Below, piece after piece: positions 11,804 through 22,665 of a stretch of DNA of 64,000 nucleotides (positions within the stretch are counted from its first letter, which is position 1; every line of letters starts with the position of its first letter). The DNA is taken from contig CAVXJS010000019.1 in NCBI GenBank assembly GCA_963762145.1, positions 192,001-256,000 on the forward strand. Reading direction: 5' to 3'. The notes under the pieces are model-generated. The model was not told where the DNA came from and searched no databases. It was given only the letters and a program-made list of their open reading frames with translations. The position numbers and the translations under genes are program-made. The stretch comes from an uncultured Candidatus Rokubacteria bacterium. Its GTDB lineage: Bacteria; Methylomirabilota; Methylomirabilia; Rokubacteriales; CSP1-6.

Positions 11804-13006
11804 CTAGAAGCGGCCCGCGCGGTAGGTCTCGGGCGCGAAGCGGCCGAAGAGCAAAGCCATCGTCGACGAGCAGGATCGCGGTGCCGGCCAGCGCGGCGTC
11901 GATGCCGGCCAGGTCGGCGGCCAGCCCGAGCGCGATCGGGCCCACCACGTAGCCGAGGTCGGCGAGCATCCGGTAGGTGCTGACCGCGGCCGCGTTCATG
12001 CCCGGCGGCGCGGTGTCGGCCGCGTAGGCGGCGGGCGCGGCGCCGCTGATCCCCATCGCGACGCTCCATGCCGCGCAGCGCGGCGAGGAACCAGCCGTAG
12101 GTCGGCGCGAGCAGGAAGAGGACCAGCGAGAGGCCGGACAGGATGGTCGCGGGCACGATGATGATCTTGCGGCCGTAGCGGTCCACGAGCACCCCGGTCG
12201 GGATAGGCCACGACGAGGCCCACCACGCTGGCGAGGGCCAGGCCGAAGCCGATGCGATCCGGATGCAGCGCGAGCCGGTCGCGCGCCAGGATCGGGACCA
12301 CGTTGAAGAGCGCGCCGGTGCGGGCCACCGCGTTCACGAAGGCGATGCAGCTGACCAGCATGAAGCCCCGGTGCGCGGTGAGCAGGCGGAGCTGGGCCCG
12401 GTACGGCACGTGGGCCGGTTCGGGCTCGTCGGCGGGCCGGACCGCGCGCGTCTCGGGAATCGCGAGCCAGGCCACCGCCGAGGCCACCAGCGAGGTGACC
12501 GCGTAGGCCAGGAAGGGCGCCGCGAGGCCCCAGTGGGTGGCGAGCAACCCGCCGGGCAGCGGCCCGATGCCGACCGCGAAGATGAACGCGCCCTGGTAGG
12601 CCGACATCATGCGCCCGCGATTGGAAGGCGTGGAGATATCGGCGATCACGATCAGGCCGGTGGTGAGGACGAGCGCGGCGCCTGCGCCGGCCACGAAGCG
12701 CGCGCCGACGAAGGCGGGGTAGGTCGGCGCGAGCGCGCAGAGCACGTTGCCCAGGGCGGAGAGGACGCCGCCGATCGCCAGCGTGTTGCGCCGGCCGAAT
12801 CGGTCCGCGAGCTGGCCCGCGGGCACCGCGACGAGGAAGCGGGCGAGCCCGTAGATCGCGATGGCGAGCCCGATGGCGGACTGGGTGACGTCGAAGGAGC
12901 GCGCATAGAGGGCGAGCGCGGGGATGATGCTGCCGAAGCCGAGCTGGTTGACGGCGATGAGCACGCACATCCAGACGAGGATGCGGATGCCCGCGGGCTC
13001 TCGCAT
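11804..13006 (-). CDS. MFS transporter (frameshifts about 12080-12200 and 11850)
   Basis: GQLADRFGRR, LVDRYGRK, many hydrophobic segments. Confidence 0.85.
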
Positions 13007-13342
13007 GACCGTCTGGGTGTATCACTAAATCGGCAGGGCCGTCCACGGCTGCCGGGGGGGCCCGGAAGCTCCTGGGCGGCTATACCCGGCTTTCGCCGCT
13101 CTCGAGCCCGATACTTCCGTAGTGAGCGGACCCGGGCCGTGGGCTGGTACCACGGTCTGGTGGGCGCCCCACCGCCCGGTTACCGCCCGAGGTCGCCTTT
13201 CTCGCGGCGTTCTTGCGGAAAGCTGCCGGGTCGAGTCTCCATGGTATCCACCTCGACTCTTAAGATAGACGACAGAGGTTACACGTGCCGCCTCGAAGGC
13301 AGTTTGCCGAAGGAGGGCCATGATTCGCGCGGTGCTCGTTCC

Positions 13343-13726
13343 ATGATCGGCGTGGGGCGTCTGGTGAGTGTGGTGGCGGTGTTCTGGGCGGTGGCCGGTT
13401 TCGCGCCTGCTCCCGTGGGCGCGCGGATCGAGTTTCCTGGCAATACCACCGTCCCGCGGGCGGTGCAGCAGTTTGCCTGGCGAGTGATCGAGACGCGGTG
13501 CAACTACCAGTCATACGAGCTCGAGCGACGCTCCTTCTGGGCCTACAGCGTGGAGACCAGCAGATCCGGCACGACTGTCGCCTACTCGATCCACATCGTG
13601 TCGGACCTGAGGTGGAAAAAGACAGAGCCTCCCTCCACCATCGACATGACCGTCGTGGACGATGGCAGCATGAGGCTCACGTCGCTGAAGTCCACCTTCG
13701 TCGTCTGCGAATCGCCGCTGAGCTAG
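13343..13726 (+). CDS. Hypothetical secreted protein
   Basis: Signal-peptide-like N-terminus MIGVGRLVSVVAVFWAVAGFAPAPVGA, two Cys; start uncertain. Confidence 0.6.
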   Translation: MIGVGRLVSVVAVFWAVAGFAPAPVGARIEFPGNTTVPRAVQQFAWRVIETRCNYQSYELERRSFWAYSVETSRSGTTVAYSIHIVSDLRWKKTEPPSTIDMTVVDDGSMRLTSLKSTFVVCESPLS

Positions 13727-13863
13727 CGGGATGGGCGCAGGGTCCGAGACGGCGCAGGCACCTAGCTCAGGGTGATGCCGCGCTAGGGTGTGTCCCGCAA
13801 TGCCGTGGAGCGCAGGCCCGCCGAGGCGTATGATCGGGCGCACCACACGAACAGGAGGCCGTC

Positions 13864-14646
13864 ATGGCGACCGGCACGGCAAAGGGATTCGCGGTATTCG
13901 CGGGGGTGACACCGGAGATCATCCGCGCCTCGGCCCGCGAGGCCGAAGCGCTCGGGTATCGCTCGTTCTGGGTGAACCATCCGGGCCCGGTGGACGGCCT
14001 CGGATCGCTCGCGCACGCGGCGGCGGAGACGCGCCGGGTGGACCTGGGCGTCGGCGTCATCCCGCTGCACACGCGCGGACCGGAGGCCATCGCGGACGGG
14101 GTGCGTGGGCACGGGCTCGCGCCGGAGCGGCTGCTCCTGGGTGTGGGGAGTCCGAACCCGCAGGCCCTCAAGCGCGTGCGCGACGGCGTGGCCGCGCTGC
14201 GGGCCAAGCTAACCACGCGGATCATCGTGGCCGCGCTCGGGCCGAAGATGTGCCAGCTCGCGGGCGAGGTCGCCGACGGCGTGCTGTTCAACTGGCTCAC
14301 GCCGGAGTACGCGCGCCGCTCCGCCGAGCTGGTGCGCGCGGGCGCGGAGGCCGCGAAGCGGCCGATGCCGCGGCTCTACGCGTACGTGCGCGTGGCCCTG
14401 GGCCCGGCCGCCGCCGAGCGCCTGGCCGACGAGGGCGGGCGCTACGACGCGATTCCGGCATACCACGCCCACTTCGTCCGCATGGGCGTGAAGCCAGTGG
14501 ACACCGCCATCGCCGCCACCTCCGCCGACGGCATCAAGCGGGCCCTGGCCGCCTGGGACGGCGCGGTGGATGAAGTCGTCCTCCGCGCCATCACCGCCAA
14601 GGACACGGTCGAGGACCACCTCACGCTGGTGCGCGCGGCCGGCTAA
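13864..14646 (+). CDS. LLM class flavin/F420-dependent oxidoreductase
   Basis: AEALGYRSFWV, LGVGVIPL, AALGPKMCQLAGEVADGV; AGGAGG RBS. Confidence 0.85.
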   Translation: MATGTAKGFAVFAGVTPEIIRASAREAEALGYRSFWVNHPGPVDGLGSLAHAAAETRRVDLGVGVIPLHTRGPEAIADGVRGHGLAPERLLLGVGSPNPQALKRVRDGVAALRAKLTTRIIVAALGPKMCQLAGEVADGVLFNWLTPEYARRSAELVRAGAEAAKRPMPRLYAYVRVALGPAAAERLADEGGRYDAIPAYHAHFVRMGVKPVDTAIAATSADGIKRALAAWDGAVDEVVLRAITAKDTVEDHLTLVRAAG

Positions 14647-14666
14647 GGCCGGGGTCGGCTAAGGCC

Positions 14667-14750
14667 GGGGTCAGGTCTTGAATTACGACATTTTTCTCCC
14701 GAGACGTGTTCAGCGCCCAGCGGAAATGTCGTAATTCAAAACCTGACCCC
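14667..14750. repeat. 84-bp REPIN/MITE-like inverted-repeat element, copy 2
   Basis: GGGGTCAGGTCTTGAATTACGACATT (14667-14692), 32-bp spacer, AATGTCGTAATTCAAAACCTGACCCC (14725-14750). Confidence 0.9.
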
Positions 14751-15773
14751 ATCTAGCTCGTGGCGGACGAGGCGGGCGCCTTCGACGAGGGCGGTCAACT
14801 TGAGGCGGGTGGCCCAGCGGGGGGTCTCCCAGAAGCCGCAGTCGGGGTTGAGCCAGAGCTTGTCGGGGGCGACGTAGCGGAGGAGGGCGCGGATGCGCTC
14901 GGCGACCTCCTCGGCGGTCTCGGCCTTGAAGGCCTTCACGTCGATCACGCCGGCGCCCAGCTCCTTGTCGGTCGGGAACTCCTTCCAGAGCGCGAGGTCG
15001 TCCATGCCGCGGTTCGCGTACTCGAGGACGACCTGGGACGCGGTCAGCTCGTGGATGGCCGGGTACACGTTGCGATAGCTGCGCACCGGCTGGAACGGAC
15101 GGCCGTAGAGATTGCCGAAGCAGACGTGGACCGCGATCTTGGCCCGCACGCCCTCCACCGCGCGGTTGACGCCCTGGGCGAAGTTGGGCGCGGCGCCCGC
15201 GTACATGCCGCTGTGCGGCTCGTCGATCTGGATGAACTCGGCCCCCGCGGCCACCAGCGCGCGGCACTCCGCGTTGACGATGCCTACCAGGTCGGCCAGC
15301 AGCGTGTCGCGATCGCGGTAGCCGGCGCCCAGCCGCAGCGGGAACATCAGCGTGTAGGGGCCCGGCACGGTGGCCTTCAGGGGCTTGCCGGTCAGCGCCC
15401 GCGCCAGCTTGAACTCATCCACGATGCCGAGCCCGGCCGGAGCCGTGATGCGCTCCACGACCTCGAAGGGCGTGTTCGTGTCCCAGTGCGGCTGGCCCAG
15501 CTTGCGGGGCTCCTCCATGGTCCGGAGGCCCTTCAGGTGATCGTAGAAGCCGATGATGAAGCGGACCCGGCCCATCTCGCCGGTGGTCAGGACGTCGATG
15601 CCGGCCCGCTCCTGGTCGAGGAGCGCGACCTGGGTGGCGTCCTCCATCAGCTCGCGGACGTCGGTGGCGCCCAGGCGCCCCGCCTGGAGCGCCTCGCGGG
15701 CGAGCCAGACCCAGCCGGGCAGCCCATGGCTCCCGACGACCGAGGTGGGCAGGAGCGTCGAGGGCAGCGTCAT
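14736..15773 (-). CDS. Single-barrel cobalamin-independent methionine synthase II family (MetE C-domain-like)
   Basis: PTSVVGSH, DQERAGIDVLTTGE, IQIDEP, Zn ligands HVCFGN / EYAN / NPDCG. Confidence 0.88.
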   Translation of the reverse strand: MTLPSTLLPTSVVGSHGLPGWVWLAREALQAGRLGATDVRELMEDATQVALLDQERAGIDVLTTGEMGRVRFIIGFYDHLKGLRTMEEPRKLGQPHWDTNTPFEVVERITAPAGLGIVDEFKLARALTGKPLKATVPGPYTLMFPLRLGAGYRDRDTLLADLVGIVNAECRALVAAGAEFIQIDEPHSGMYAGAAPNFAQGVNRAVEGVRAKIAVHVCFGNLYGRPFQPVRSYRNVYPAIHELTASQVVLEYANRGMDDLALWKEFPTDKELGAGVIDVKAFKAETAEEVAERIRALLRYVAPDKLWLNPDCGFWETPRWATRLKLTALVEGARLVRHELDGVRF

Positions 15774-16528
15774 CGCGGGGGTCCTTTCCTTCGCTGGCGG
15801 ATCTCGTCCATGGCCGCGCGGTGCTCGGCGGAGTCGAGGCAGTCGCGGAAGCCCGCTTCCATCTCGCGGCGGAACGCCTCGAACGGGAGATCGAAGGCGC
15901 GCGCCAGGAGGCGCTTGCTCACGCCCACCGCGGTCCTGGGAAGAGCGAGGAAGCGGGCCACGCACGCGTCGAGCGCACGGGGAAACTCGGACGCCGGGAC
16001 CACCTCGTTGACGAGCCCGTAGTGCGCGGCCCGGTCCGCCGAGATCGGCTCGCCGGTGAGGATCATCTCGCGCGCCCGCGCCGCCCCGATCAGCCGCGGA
16101 AGGCGATAGAGCGCCATGGACGGGATCAGGCACTCCTTGACCGCGGGCAGGCCGATGATCGCGTCCGCCGCGGCGAGCCGGTAGTCGCAGACCAGGGCGA
16201 GCTGGAGGCCGCCGCCCAGGCAGTGGCCGTTGATGGCCGCGAGGAACGGGATGGGCATCCGCTCGATCGCGGTCATCGCGTCCTCCCAGGCGACGAAGTG
16301 GGGCAGGGTCATCTCGCCCGCGGCGAGGGACCCCAGATCGACGCCGGTCGAGAAGGCGCGCCCGGCCCCCGTGATGACCGCGACGCGCACCTCGCGGAGA
16401 GACCCGACGCGCGCGACGACCTCGACCAGCTCGGCCACCCAGGCCGGATCGCCCGCGTTCAGGACCTGGGGCCGGTTCAGGGTGATGCGGGCCACGGGCC
16501 CGTCGAGCTCGAGTCGGACGGCGTCCAT
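15770..16528 (-). CDS. Crotonase (enoyl-CoA hydratase/isomerase) family protein
   Basis: ITLNRPQVLNA, AFSTGVDL, AINGHCLGGGLQLALVCD. Confidence 0.88.
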   Translation of the reverse strand: MDAVRLELDGPVARITLNRPQVLNAGDPAWVAELVEVVARVGSLREVRVAVITGAGRAFSTGVDLGSLAAGEMTLPHFVAWEDAMTAIERMPIPFLAAINGHCLGGGLQLALVCDYRLAAADAIIGLPAVKECLIPSMALYRLPRLIGAARAREMILTGEPISADRAAHYGLVNEVVPASEFPRALDACVARFLALPRTAVGVSKRLLARAFDLPFEAFRREMEAGFRDCLDSAEHRAAMDEIRQRRKGPPR

Positions 16529-17847
16529 CACTTGCCGAAGAGCAGCCGCGGCAGCCAGATGGCGACGGGCGGCACCAGCCAGACCACCACCAGCATCAGG
16601 AGGCCGAAGAGCAGGTAGGGCGTCACCGCACGGTAGACCTGACCCATCGAGATCTCGCGGGGCGCCACGCTCTTCATCGTGAAGAGCAGCATACCGAATG
16701 GCGGGGTCAGGAGCCCGAGCTGCAGACAGATGAGGAACATGACGCCGAACCAGACCGGGTCGAACCGGTAGAGCTCGACCAGCGGCATGAAGAAGGGCAG
16801 GGTGATCAGCATCATGCTCACCTGGTCGATGAAGCAGCCCAGCACGAGGAGCGCCAGCATCATGGCCCAGAAGACCACCACCGGGCTGAGCTGCGCCTGG
16901 CTGATGAGGGTGACGAGGCCGTTGGTGGCGCCCGAGAAGGCGAGGATCTGCGAGAACGTGGTCGCCCCCACGATGATGAGCAGGATGATCCCGGAGATGG
17001 CGGCCGTCCCGAGGAGCGCCTTGAGCAGGCTGGGCCAGGAGAGCGACCGGTAGAGGGCGGCGACGAGCGCGGTGGCGACCGCGCCGACGGCCGCCGATTC
17101 GGTGGGCGTGGCCCAGCCCGCGGACATGGCGAGGACGACGACCCCGAAGATGAGCAGCAGCGGCAGCACGTACGCCACGAGCGGCCACCAGCGCGCCCAG
17201 CGCGTCACCGCCTCGCCCTCGAAGGGCGGCGCCAGCGCCGGGTCGAGCGAGGTCCGGATGACGATGTAGCCCACGAAGAGGATCGACAGCAAGACGCCGG
17301 GGACGATGCCCGCCACCAAGAGCTGGGAGATCGAGATACCGGCGAGGCTGCCGAGAAGCACGGTGAGGGCCGAGGGCGGGATCAGCATGTCCACGCCCCC
17401 GATGGCCATGATCGGGCCCATGGCCATGCTCGGGTGGTAGCCCCGGCGCAGCATCTCGGGGAGCATCAGGCTGCCGAGCAGCGCGGTGGTCGCGATGGTC
17501 GACCCGGAGATCGCGGAGAACACGGTGCCGGCCACCACCGCCACCACCGAGAGGCGGCCGGGCACGCGCCAGATCAGACGGTCGATCGCGTCGATGGCCT
17601 TCATGGCCACGCCGGTGTGGAAGAGGATCTCGCCCATCAGCACGAAGAACGGGATCGGGGTGAGGGAGAAGCTCGCGATGGAGGCGACCCCGTTGCGGAT
17701 CATCTGCACGAGCCCCGCGTCCCCGCCGAGCCAGACCCACGAGCCGATCGCGTTGATGCCGAGGAAGGCGAAGGCCACCGGCAGGCCCACCAGGAAGAGG
17801 GCGGTGAGCACGCCGAAGAGCACGAGGGCCGCGAGGTACCAGGTCAT
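16528..17847 (-). CDS. dctM: TRAP transporter large permease
   Basis: PIPFFVLMGE, ISGSTIA, LIPPS, ATPTESAA, LLTPPFG. Confidence 0.92.
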   Translation of the reverse strand: MTWYLAALVLFGVLTALFLVGLPVAFAFLGINAIGSWVWLGGDAGLVQMIRNGVASIASFSLTPIPFFVLMGEILFHTGVAMKAIDAIDRLIWRVPGRLSVVAVVAGTVFSAISGSTIATTALLGSLMLPEMLRRGYHPSMAMGPIMAIGGVDMLIPPSALTVLLGSLAGISISQLLVAGIVPGVLLSILFVGYIVIRTSLDPALAPPFEGEAVTRWARWWPLVAYVLPLLLIFGVVVLAMSAGWATPTESAAVGAVATALVAALYRSLSWPSLLKALLGTAAISGIILLIIVGATTFSQILAFSGATNGLVTLISQAQLSPVVVFWAMMLALLVLGCFIDQVSMMLITLPFFMPLVELYRFDPVWFGVMFLICLQLGLLTPPFGMLLFTMKSVAPREISMGQVYRAVTPYLLFGLLMLVVVWLVPPVAIWLPRLLFGK

Positions 17848-17850
17848 CGG

Positions 17851-18318
17851 CTATGCGCGCGCGAGGAGCCGCCGCAGGAACTCGACGGCGAGGAAGGCGA
17901 AGCTCACCGGCACCGGCGCGAAGAGCCACCATTCCGGGAACACGACGGACTTGATCACGAGCGAGCCCTGCTGGACGGAGCTGGCGATGGCCCGGATCCC
18001 GTAGACGACGAAGACGGCGGACACCGCGAACCCGGCCGCGTCGGCCGCCCGCTCGAGCGCGCGGCCCAGCCGGCGGGGCAGAACGGTCATCAGGGCGTCC
18101 ACCCGCACGTGCTCGCTGCGGGCCAGCAGCCACGGGGCGATGAGGAACGTGGCGAGGGGCAGGCAGTACTCGGAGACCTCGAGGATCCAGGGCAGGGTGC
18201 CCCAGTCGAGGTTGCGCGCCACCACGTCGGCGGTGACGAGGAGCGCGAGGGCGCCCAGCAGCAGGGCGGCGGCCACCGCGCCGGCGTGGAGCAGTCCCAG
18301 GTAGGCGCGGGCCGCCAT
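17851..18318 (-). CDS. dctQ: TRAP transporter small permease
   Basis: DVVARN..EVSEY..EHVRVD, 4 TM, between dctP and dctM. Confidence 0.88.
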   Translation of the reverse strand: MAARAYLGLLHAGAVAAALLLGALALLVTADVVARNLDWGTLPWILEVSEYCLPLATFLIAPWLLARSEHVRVDALMTVLPRRLGRALERAADAAGFAVSAVFVVYGIRAIASSVQQGSLVIKSVVFPEWWLFAPVPVSFAFLAVEFLRRLLARA

Positions 18319-18335
18319 TCGGACCGGGGATCCGG

Positions 18336-19319
<984 letters not shown>

Positions 19320-19442
19320 TCAGGTTTCGCGTGGGCTGCGGGCGGAGAGTAGGGGAGCCCGCGCCGGTTGTCAATTCCCGACGCCCGGCCGGTTGGCGGT
19401 CGCCGGACCGCGTGCTAACCTTCCGCGCAGGAGGGCCTTCGG

Positions 19443-20768
19443 ATGCTGAGCCGTGAGGACAACGAGCTCCTGACCCGGACCGGGCCGGGCACCGCGATGG
19501 GCGACCTGATCCGCCGGTACTGGATCCCGGTGGTGGAGTCCCGGGAGCTCGAGCCGGGGGGACGCGTGAAGCGCGTGATGCTGCTCGGCGAGCGCCTCAT
19601 CGTCTTCCGCGGCCGCAGCGGGCGCACCGGCCTCATCGGGGAGTTCTGCCCGCATCGCGGCGCCTCGTTCTACTACGGGCGGGTCGAGGAGAACGGGATG
19701 CGGTGCGCCTACCACGGCTGGAAGTTCGGCCTGGACGGCCAGTGCCTGGAGATGCCGAGCGAGCCGCCCGAGTCGAGCTTCGCGACCAAGGTCGCCCACA
19801 CCGCGTATCCGTGCGTGGAGAAGGGCGGGGTTGTCTGGGCCTACATGGGGCCGGCCGGCGCGCCCCCGCCGCTGCCCGAGCTCGAGTTCACGCTGCTGCC
19901 CGAGGGGCACACCTTCATCTCGCGGCGCGTGCAGGACTGCAACTGGTTCCAGGCGATGGAGGGCGGCATCGACTCGAGCCACATCTCGTTCCTCCACGCG
20001 CCGATCGATCACCGCAACAGCGAGGTCACCGAGGACATGGACCGGGTCAGCTTCGGGGTGGGCGCCGCGGTCTCGACGGGCGACCGCGCGCCGCGCTTCG
20101 AGGTGGCCGACACCGACTACGGGGTGGTGATCGGGGCGCGCCGGGCGAACCCCGACGGCCGGTGGTACTGGCGCATCACCCAGTTCCTGCTGCCGTTCTA
20201 CACGATGCCGCCCACCGATCTGGACGAGCGCATCGTGCAGTCGCACATCTGGGTGCCCATGGACGACACGCACTCGGTGAACTGGATGGTGACGTGGCAT
20301 CCCGACCGCAAGCTGACCGACGAGGAGATCCGGCTCAACGTGGAGGGCAAGGGCGCGCACGTGTGCGACTACGCGCCGGCCACCTCCGAGCCCTACGGCG
20401 ACGTGCGGACCGCGGCCAACCGGGCCAACGACTACTTCATGGACTGGGAGGTGCACCGCACGCGGATGTACTGCGGGATCCCGGGCTTCGGCGTCCAGGA
20501 CCAGGCGGTGCAGGAGAGCCAGGGCGAGATCGTCGATCGCAGCCGCGAGCGCCTGGGCTCGAGCGACACCGCGATCATCCAGGTGCGTCGGCGCATGATG
20601 ACGGCGGCCCGGGCGCTGCGCGATCACGGCGCTCCCGCGCCCGGCGCCAACCCGCGGTCCTTCCTCGTCCGGTCCGCCTCCGTCGTGCTGGCTCCGGGCG
20701 AGAGCTGGGTCCAGGGCGCCATGGCGCGCATGGTGGTGAGGGCGGGCGACCAGCTCACGCTCGCCTGA
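19443..20768 (+). CDS. Rieske aromatic oxygenase alpha subunit (phthalate 4,5-dioxygenase/LigXa-like)
   Basis: CPHRG...CAYHGW Rieske motif; EGGIDSSHISFLH mononuclear Fe motif; QDQAVQES. Confidence 0.9.
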   Translation: MLSREDNELLTRTGPGTAMGDLIRRYWIPVVESRELEPGGRVKRVMLLGERLIVFRGRSGRTGLIGEFCPHRGASFYYGRVEENGMRCAYHGWKFGLDGQCLEMPSEPPESSFATKVAHTAYPCVEKGGVVWAYMGPAGAPPPLPELEFTLLPEGHTFISRRVQDCNWFQAMEGGIDSSHISFLHAPIDHRNSEVTEDMDRVSFGVGAAVSTGDRAPRFEVADTDYGVVIGARRANPDGRWYWRITQFLLPFYTMPPTDLDERIVQSHIWVPMDDTHSVNWMVTWHPDRKLTDEEIRLNVEGKGAHVCDYAPATSEPYGDVRTAANRANDYFMDWEVHRTRMYCGIPGFGVQDQAVQESQGEIVDRSRERLGSSDTAIIQVRRRMMTAARALRDHGAPAPGANPRSFLVRSASVVLAPGESWVQGAMARMVVRAGDQLTLA

Positions 20769-21544
20769 TGCCGGGCCGCATGGCCGGCCGCGTGGCCCTC
20801 GTCACCGGCGGCGGGGGCGGCATCGGAGAGGCCACCGGCCGGCTATTCGCGGAGGAGGGCGCGGCGGTCACGCTGCTCGACGCCGACGCGGCCGCGGTCG
20901 AGTCCGCGGCGGCCGGCATCCTGAGCGCGGTGCCGGGGGCGCAGGTCCAGGCCTTCGTCGGTGACGTCACCCGGGAGAGCGACGTCCGTCGAATCATGGA
21001 CGAGGCGTCGGCGCGCTGGGGTGGGCTCCACACGCTGGTCAACGTGGCGGGCGTGCGCGTCTACGCGCCGCTGGCCGACGCGGACGCGGCGGACTGGGAG
21101 CGCATCATCGGGGTCAACGTGCTGGGCACCGCCCACTGCTGCAAGGCCGCGCTGCCGCGGCTCCGCGCGTCGGGACGCGGCACCATCGTGAACGTCTCGT
21201 CGGTCTACGGGGTCATGGGCCGGACCGGCATGGGCCAGTACGACACGACCAAGGCGGCGGTGCTCGGGTTCACGCGGGCCCTCGCGGTGGAGGAGGCCCC
21301 GCAGCGCATCCGCGTCAACGCGGTGTGCCCCGGCGGCACCATCACCCCCTACCACATCCGGCGCGCCGGGGCGCGCGGGGTCTCCGAGGCCGAGATGCGC
21401 ACCCAGCGCGCGGGCGACAACCTGCTCGGGCGCTGGGCGGAGCCGCGCGAGGTGGCGTACCCGATCCTGTTTCTCGCCGGGGACGAGTCGTCCTTCATCA
21501 CGGGCGCCACCCTGATGGTGGACGCCGGCCGCTCCATCTTGTGA
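20768..21544 (+). CDS. SDR family oxidoreductase
   Basis: TGGGGGIG, YDTTKAA, RVNAVCPG; TGATG overlap with the Rieske gene. Confidence 0.9.
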   Translation: MPGRMAGRVALVTGGGGGIGEATGRLFAEEGAAVTLLDADAAAVESAAAGILSAVPGAQVQAFVGDVTRESDVRRIMDEASARWGGLHTLVNVAGVRVYAPLADADAADWERIIGVNVLGTAHCCKAALPRLRASGRGTIVNVSSVYGVMGRTGMGQYDTTKAAVLGFTRALAVEEAPQRIRVNAVCPGGTITPYHIRRAGARGVSEAEMRTQRAGDNLLGRWAEPREVAYPILFLAGDESSFITGATLMVDAGRSIL

Positions 21545-22665
21545 CCGCGTCCGACGCGGCGGCGCGCCTGCGGTCGGTGGACGCGCTGCGCGGGCTCACG
21601 GTGGCCGCGATGGTGCTGGTGAACAATCCGGGCACGTGGAGCGCGGTGTACGCGCCGCTCCGGCACGCGGCCTGGCACGGGTGGACGCCCACCGACATGG
21701 TCTTCCCGTTCTTTCTCTTCGTGGTGGGAGTCTCGATCCCGCTGGCTCTGGGGCCGGCGCTCGAGCGAGGCGCGACCGGGCTGCCCGCGCGCGTCGTCCG
21801 ACGGGCCGCGGTGATCTTCGGGCTGGGCCTGCTGCTCCACGCGCTGCCTTTCTTCCCGCTCGCCGACCTCCGCATCCCGGGCGTCCTGCAGCGCATCGCG
21901 GTCTGCTACCTGCTGGCCGCGCTGCTCGTGCTGGCCACCGGCGGCGCGCACGGCTGGCGCGCGCAGGGGGCCGTCGCGGGAGCGCTCCTGGTGGGGTACT
22001 GGCTCGTGATGACGCGAGTGGCCGCGCCCGGCCACGTGGCCGGCGACCTGAGCCCCGAAGGCAACCTCGCCGGCTACGTCGATCGGCTCGTGCTCGGCAC
22101 GCGACACATCTGGCGGGCTTCCCGGTTCTACGATCCGGAGGGCATTCTCAGCACCCTGCCCGCCACCGCGACGACGCTCCTGGGCGTGCTGGCCGGCCAC
22201 TGGCTACGGGCCGGCCGGTCCGGAGCGCGGGTCGTCGGAGGGCTCGTGGCGGCCGGGCTCGCCGCGACGGCGCTCGGCTGGCTGTGGGGTCTCTCGTTCC
22301 CGGTGAACAAGTCCCTGTGGACCAGCTCGTACGCGCTGCTGATGGCGGGCCTGGCCGCGCTCGCGCTGGCCGCCTGCTACTGGATCATCGAGACGCGCGG
22401 CCGCCGCGGCTGGGCCGCGCCCTTCGCGGTGCTGGGGGTCCACGCGCTCACGCTGTTCTTCCTGTCCAGCCTGATGGCGAAGCTCCTGTTGATCGTCCGG
22501 GTGGGCCCCGGCGGTCCGCGGCTCCACGCGTGGCTGTTCGAGCACGGCTTCGCGCCCTGGGCCGCGCCGGTCAACGCGTCGCTGGCCTACGCGCTCGTGT
22601 ACGTCCTGCTGTGGTGGGGGCTCATGTGGGCGCTCGACCGGAGCGGGCTGCGGCTGCGGGTCTGA
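21541..22665 (+). CDS. NagX/HGSNAT-like transmembrane acyltransferase (DUF5009 family)
   Basis: RLRSVDALRGLTVAAMVLVNNPG, HAAWHGWTPTDMVFPFF, GVLQRIA, DPEGILS, PVNKSLWTSSY. Confidence 0.88.
   Translation: MTASDAAARLRSVDALRGLTVAAMVLVNNPGTWSAVYAPLRHAAWHGWTPTDMVFPFFLFVVGVSIPLALGPALERGATGLPARVVRRAAVIFGLGLLLHALPFFPLADLRIPGVLQRIAVCYLLAALLVLATGGAHGWRAQGAVAGALLVGYWLVMTRVAAPGHVAGDLSPEGNLAGYVDRLVLGTRHIWRASRFYDPEGILSTLPATATTLLGVLAGHWLRAGRSGARVVGGLVAAGLAATALGWLWGLSFPVNKSLWTSSYALLMAGLAALALAACYWIIETRGRRGWAAPFAVLGVHALTLFFLSSLMAKLLLIVRVGPGGPRLHAWLFEHGFAPWAAPVNASLAYALVYVLLWWGLMWALDRSGLRLRV

Noticed and set aside
1590-12210. Programmed ribosomal frameshifting in the broken genes
   Set aside because: No slippery heptamers seen; several indels per gene across unrelated families point to sequencing error
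9581-14750. Repeat + 32-bp spacer + repeat as a mini-CRISPR
   Set aside because: Arms are inverted, not direct; only two arms per locus; no cas genes
9581-14750. The two 84-bp elements as ends of a composite transposon
   Set aside because: No transposase between them and no shared flanking target duplication
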